The notes beneath the pieces were generated by a model. The model was not told the DNA's origin. It did not search any database and saw only the letters and a program-made list of their open reading frames with translations. The translations under genes and the position numbers were made by a program. From Microcoleus sp. (GTDB lineage Bacteria; Cyanobacteriota; Cyanobacteriia; Cyanobacteriales; Microcoleaceae), in assembly GCA_052279835.1 (NCBI GenBank), contig CP181291.1:448001-512000 (forward strand): a stretch of DNA of 64,000 nucleotides. Direction: 5' to 3'. Shown here piece by piece: positions 59,452 through 64,000 of the stretch; the stretch's first letter is position 1, and the number at the start of each line of letters is the position of its first letter.

Positions 59452-61743
59452 CTATCTAGTTGCTTTCTTTTTGAGCTTTGACTGCTGCTGGGGTAATCGG
59501 CTCGATCGCACTTCTATGGCTCTATGGTCGATCGCACCCAAAGGCATTTCCACTTCCTCAATATCGTGGCGGAATTTCACCGCAATGTCAGCACCATTAA
59601 TAATCGCCCCCAACAAGCGCGGGGATTTACTCGACTCCTCGTCATCAGATTCGAGCAACTGATCCGCAGCTTCCGACAACATACTCGATAGAGTATAACC
59701 AGGCCGCGCCACCAAAATCATACCGTCAGTGTAAGGTTCCAGGGTGAGGGCGTCATTGCACTCGCTCAAAGCCGGAGAGTCCACCACCACAAAATCGAAG
59801 CGATTGCGAACATCCTGGAACAATCTGCGCATTTCGCTGGATTCGAGTACCCCGGCCGCCTGATGCAAAAAGCCCGGACTCGGTATGACGTATAGGTTTT
59901 CGACATTGGGTACTAAACGGACACACTCGCTGATATTGCCGTAATAGTGTAAAGGTTCTACGGCCGCCAGAGGATCGATCGCGATTTGCAGACATTCAAT
60001 GTGAGAAGCCTCGCGCAAATCTGCTTCAATTAACAAAGTCCGTTTGCCCGATCGAGCTGAAGCAATAGCCAAATTGTAAGCGCTAAAGGTTTTTCCCTCC
60101 TCGGCCGCCGCCGAAGTTAGCAACACCACCTTCACCGGTTTGTTACCAATCCGGCGTAAATTACTGCGCAACCGCTCGTAAAATTCTAAATAGGGCGAAT
60201 TGGCATCCAGGGCGATCGGCATCTCCAAGCCGTAGGAATCAAGGATAGACACTTCCGGTAACACACCCAGTATTGCCACTTCCTTTTCCGCCAAAGCAGC
60301 CCGTACCTCTTCCCAACTATAAAACTTGCCGTTGAGCATCCCCAGCAAAAATATCAACCCGCCGCCCAACAGCAATCCCACAAAGCCTCCCACCGCCAGC
60401 ATCACCGGCAAACCTCTCTTGGTGGACTCAACATCATCAGTTTTTGGCAATTGGGCAATTGTCAAACTACCTGTAGTCTCGGCTACCGCCGCTTCAGCAT
60501 CTACCAAAGCCGACTGCATTTTATCGTAGAGAGCTTTTTTGAACCCTACTTGCTGGGCTAAACGGGCTTGTTCTAATTGTTTATTAGGAATTGTGGCGTG
60601 TTGTCGGCGCAATTCTTGTTCTGTTTTCTCCACTCCCTTGATTTGCTGTTGCACAACTTCTTTTTGTGTTTGCAAAGCAATCAAATTTTGAGCTAACTGT
60701 TGTCTGGCGGGATCTAAGGCAGAATCTACTCGAATTCGATCGGCACTTTGGAGTGGAGCACTGACACCCTTACCGCCTAGCACCTCCGATTGTCGCTGCT
60801 GCAACTGTTGGTCAAAAGCTTGTTTTTGTTTGACCAATTCTACAATTTTCGGGTGTTCTTCCTGCAAGTCGCTGCGGAGAATTTTGAGCTGAGATTCGAG
60901 GGAAAAAATTTGCACTCGCAGTTGGCCAATAATCGGATCGGCAGAGAGTGCTTGAGAGACGTAAGCTTGATCCACATTTAATCCCAAGCGATTTTGCAAG
61001 CTGTTGATTTGAGCTTCAATTGCTCCCAACTGCACTCGCAGTTGTCGTTGCTGCTGTTCGCTATTGGTGATTGCTTGGGGCAAAGTACCGCTCTGAGCTG
61101 CTAAAATAGAGGTTTGTTCTCGTTTTTCATAGGCTTCGAGTTTTTCCTCTGTCTCTCTGAGTTCTTGAGTGACTTTTGGCAAACGCTTGTTAATTTGGAC
61201 TATGGTTTCTCGCAGTCGGGAAGTATTAATGGTTTGGCTGCGATCTACCATTTCTTTCATCAATGTCTCTGCTACTAATTCGGCTTTTTTGCGATCGGCA
61301 TTTTTGTATAAAACTTGAATCAAAGCGCTGGGGTCATTATTCTTAGTCGGCATCTTTACCTGCACGTTTTTTGCCAGCTTTTCAGTCAACTCTTCTAGTT
61401 GTTTTGCCGCTTCTTCCTTCTTTATTTTTGCTCCTGATTGTTTATTAGATTTGTTTTCGGCTGCTTGGATGAGTTTTTCCGCTGCTCCTTCAAGCACTTT
61501 TTTATCCAGCAACATATCTTTAGTTATTTCTTGTCCTTCCTGTTGAATTTTAGTAGTAGTCGCTGAAAAAATCACCGTTGGGCGGCGGTAGGCGAGCATA
61601 CCCGATGCTACGTAAATCGGCCGCGGAGTTGGCTGCACGGCCACTACTCCCGACACGCCCACAGTCACAGCTAAAGTAGCCAATCCCACCCATTTGTATT
61701 GGTCGAAAGCTATTAAATAACGTTTAACAACTGATAAAGTCAT
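59452..61743 (-). CDS. wzc: Polysaccharide copolymerase/tyrosine autokinase-like (Wzc/GumC family)
   Basis: Two TM segments flanking a coiled coil; TSAAAEEGKT, LLIEADLR, VVVDSP. Confidence 0.85.
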   Translation of the reverse strand: MTLSVVKRYLIAFDQYKWVGLATLAVTVGVSGVVAVQPTPRPIYVASGMLAYRRPTVIFSATTTKIQQEGQEITKDMLLDKKVLEGAAEKLIQAAENKSNKQSGAKIKKEEAAKQLEELTEKLAKNVQVKMPTKNNDPSALIQVLYKNADRKKAELVAETLMKEMVDRSQTINTSRLRETIVQINKRLPKVTQELRETEEKLEAYEKREQTSILAAQSGTLPQAITNSEQQQRQLRVQLGAIEAQINSLQNRLGLNVDQAYVSQALSADPIIGQLRVQIFSLESQLKILRSDLQEEHPKIVELVKQKQAFDQQLQQRQSEVLGGKGVSAPLQSADRIRVDSALDPARQQLAQNLIALQTQKEVVQQQIKGVEKTEQELRRQHATIPNKQLEQARLAQQVGFKKALYDKMQSALVDAEAAVAETTGSLTIAQLPKTDDVESTKRGLPVMLAVGGFVGLLLGGGLIFLLGMLNGKFYSWEEVRAALAEKEVAILGVLPEVSILDSYGLEMPIALDANSPYLEFYERLRSNLRRIGNKPVKVVLLTSAAAEEGKTFSAYNLAIASARSGKRTLLIEADLREASHIECLQIAIDPLAAVEPLHYYGNISECVRLVPNVENLYVIPSPGFLHQAAGVLESSEMRRLFQDVRNRFDFVVVDSPALSECNDALTLEPYTDGMILVARPGYTLSSMLSEAADQLLESDDEESSKSPRLLGAIINGADIAVKFRHDIEEVEMPLGAIDHRAIEVRSSRLPQQQSKLKKKATR

Positions 61744-61804
61744 AGTGATTATTGACTACTGTGGAATATTGGTTATTTGTTATTGGTTATTTGTTATTGG
61801 TTAA

Positions 61805-63335
61805 CTAATTCCCATTATTCGTAGGTACGAACAAATTTTTTACCCCATTTCTCAATTGTTCAAAAAACAAAATAAAGCCCAAAATATCGCGAAATGGTCG
61901 AGTAAAACTATTGATAGCAAAACCAACTCGCTCTACCAGATTCCTACCAATCACAATCACATCATTATCTTGCAACATTGGATTCTGAGAAAGATTTCCC
62001 TCCAAAGCAGCTTTAGCATCTATCTTGCGGTTGACAGCTCGACCTTGCTTTTGGTCAAACCGAATCAAGGCAATGTTCCGCATATCCGCAAGATTTACAG
62101 GCAAGTTATTGAGAGCATCCAAAAAGGTACTACCATTTTCTATGTAGAAAGAGGTCAAACCACCACTAGCGTAACTCAAAACTCGAACATAGATACGGGG
62201 TTTGATTAAGGTAGAGCGCGAAACCAAAGTCTGGTCGTAGTCCAGATTTTTCCGAGTAGCATCCAGTTCGGGAATAATAATCGCATCTCCAGAAGCTAGG
62301 GGGAAATCAAACAAGTCCCTAGCCCTTGCTAGGGGAGTGTAGAGGTCGATGGGTTCTTCTACAGATGTGCCGTTGGTCAGTGTCCGTCGCACTCGTACCG
62401 CCCGCAAATCAGCTTTTGTGGTAACTCCCCCCGCAGCCACCAAAGCGGCAGAAATTCGCCCACCACCGGCTGGAAGCGTGTAAAAACCTGGTTTGCTGAC
62501 TTCTCCGGTGACAGTGACTTGGACAGGGGTACTGGCTGCTGCGAGGCTGTACCTGGATGCTAAATCTTGATCGGATTTGCGATCGGGCGTAGTCTGTTGA
62601 TAAGGTATGACGATCGCATCTCCATCCTCTAAACGCAAATCTGGGGGAGAAACACCAGTTTGCAACGGTGTCAAAATGTCAACTATTTGCTCGGCAATAG
62701 CGCCGGAGGGCAGTGTCCGCCGCACCCGCACCGCCCGCAGTTGGGCCGTCGGAGTCGTACCGCTGGCTGCCGCTAGGGCTGCGGGAATTTGGGGGGTTTG
62801 CAGGGGATAAAAACCGGGGTCTGGCAACTTCTCCTGTGACTGTCACGACTACAGGGCGCTGAACTAGCAGGGATGCGAAGACTTGGGGATTTTTCAGAAA
62901 TTGGGCTAAACGTTCGCGCAGGCGCTGCTGTGTTTCTTCCACAGTCAGGCCGCGCACATTTACAGTTCCTATCAGTGGCATGATAATTATGCCTTCGGGG
63001 CTGATAGCACCTGTAAAATTGAGTTCTGGGAAGCGTTGAACTTGAATTGCAATCTGGTCTCCTGGGCCTAGTCGGTAGGGTCGATTGCGGAATGCTGGGT
63101 TGATGTCGGCGTTAGGTCTTGCTGGTGGCGGTGTGGGTACTGGTAGTGGCGGGCGATCGAGCAATTCGGAACTAGGAATCACAGGTTGTGCTAAAGTCTG
63201 TTGAGGAAAAACTTTGGCATTGAAACCCCAAAATATAGTTGTAAAACATAGAGTCCAAGCAGTTGAATAAAGACCTGTCAGGGAAAAAGCGACATAATTT
63301 TTATTCATTTTAAAATGTCTATAATTCATGCTCAA
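61805..63335 (-). CDS. wza: Polysaccharide export protein (Wza/SLBB); apparent +1 frameshift at 62816-62819
   Basis: YRLGPGD, PLIG, VTVTGEVARP joined to GFY, SLBB repeats, NPMLQDNDVI. Confidence 0.85.
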
Positions 63336-63478
63336 TTAAATTATTTTTGATAAATTGTATTTTCCCCTGAACCATTCCCTTCTCCATCCCAAATCCCCCC
63401 TTGGGGGGGCAGGAGGGGTTGTCCCATCCCCCATCCCCCCTTGGGGGGGCAGGGGGGGGTGGAGGTTGCCCGATTTTT

Positions 63479-64000
63479 TCAAAAAGTTTCTGCCATTAAT
63501 TTAGCCTGCACAATTTCACCCAGAGATTTGAGGATGGGTTCAGCTATTTTAATGTCTGTATCCGGTTCAATGGGAACAATGATGCACACAGCTACCCAGG
63601 AGGCACGACGATTTGACAGTCTAGCAATACTGTCTTCCCAAAACCAGCGACTTGTTGCGGTCGAACCCCCGTTTTGCCAAGCGTACCATTGTAAGACCGC
63701 AAAGGTGTGTTGGGCACTCCGGCTGCGGAAAAACCTGGCTTTGATGGTTGTAGTCTTGGCGTTTGGTACTGGGTTTAAATTAACTATAAACGGCAAAGTG
63801 CGATCGGCATCTGTTTGCCACCGATGAAACCCCTTGATATCCAGCCATTCCACCTGGGGCTGGTCTTTGGGACCATTTTGAGGCAACATTAATAAAATTG
63901 CCATTGTTTGAGGATTTTTAATTTCTTGAACTAACCACTTGTGACCGCCAATTAGTACGTTATTCTGCACCCGGATTACCTCCCAGCCGGGAAGTGTCAA
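63479..64000 (-). CDS. Cyanoexosortase-system-associated protein (B-type likely), C-terminal part
   Basis: LPQNGPKDQPQVEW...QWYAW..GG...WFW.D; position upstream of wza/wzc; runs off the window. Confidence 0.65.
   Translation of the reverse strand: MTLPGWEVIRVQNNVLIGGHKWLVQEIKNPQTMAILLMLPQNGPKDQPQVEWLDIKGFHRWQTDADRTLPFIVNLNPVPNAKTTTIKARFFRSRSAQHTFAVLQWYAWQNGGSTATSRWFWEDSIARLSNRRASWVAVCIIVPIEPDTDIKIAEPILKSLGEIVQAKLMAETF

Noticed and set aside
85..63827. Many short antisense or alternate-frame ORFs in the track (e.g. 6746-7183, 7902-8375, 28144-28575, 44161-44508)
   Set aside because: They are shadows of well-supported genes or translate repeats, with no recognisable motifs.
1..64000. tRNA or rRNA genes and intact transposases or integrases
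   Set aside because: None recognised by eye; only a short TnpB-like remnant near 34045-34118.

Overview
Chromosomal window from a filamentous cyanobacterium. Abundant GCGATCGC (HIP1) sites, heptamer tandem repeats, Uma2, pentapeptide and cyanoexosortase-associated genes point to a Microcoleus/Oscillatoriales-like host (inference). Housekeeping genes (EF-G paralog, surE, pdhC, aas, rlmN, iscA, zds/crtQ, trpC, lpdA, wzc/wza) alternate with accessory blocks full of toxin-antitoxin modules, Uma2/HNH nucleases, MITE-like repeats and gene fragments. The standout is a tightly coupled 7-gene operon at 16505-23603. It encodes an apparently complete eukaryote-like ubiquitin conjugation pathway: an E1 with a fused ubiquitin-like domain, a free Ubl ending GGA, a UBC-type E2, a JAB peptidase, and a membrane protein with a degenerate RING-like N-terminus (candidate E3). 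These are interleaved with a VirD4/TraG-type ATPase and a PD-(D/E)xK nuclease-like protein. Four of the proteins carry a shared basic-x-W tail motif, and the island is bracketed by a 15-bp HIP1-containing direct repeat. Other notable items: a toxin-immunity-like pair whose toxin ORF (non-ATG start) is missing from the ORF track; a solitary CRISPR-like repeat followed by a promoter-driven structured repeat region with no cas genes in the window; a type III-like R-M cassette flanked by duplicated nucleotidyltransferase sequence; a MITE inserted into a HepT toxin gene; and an H-NOX/histidine kinase pair. Six single-base homopolymer frameshifts, one in lpdA, probably reflect assembly error. All family assignments come from motif recognition; no database searches were run.
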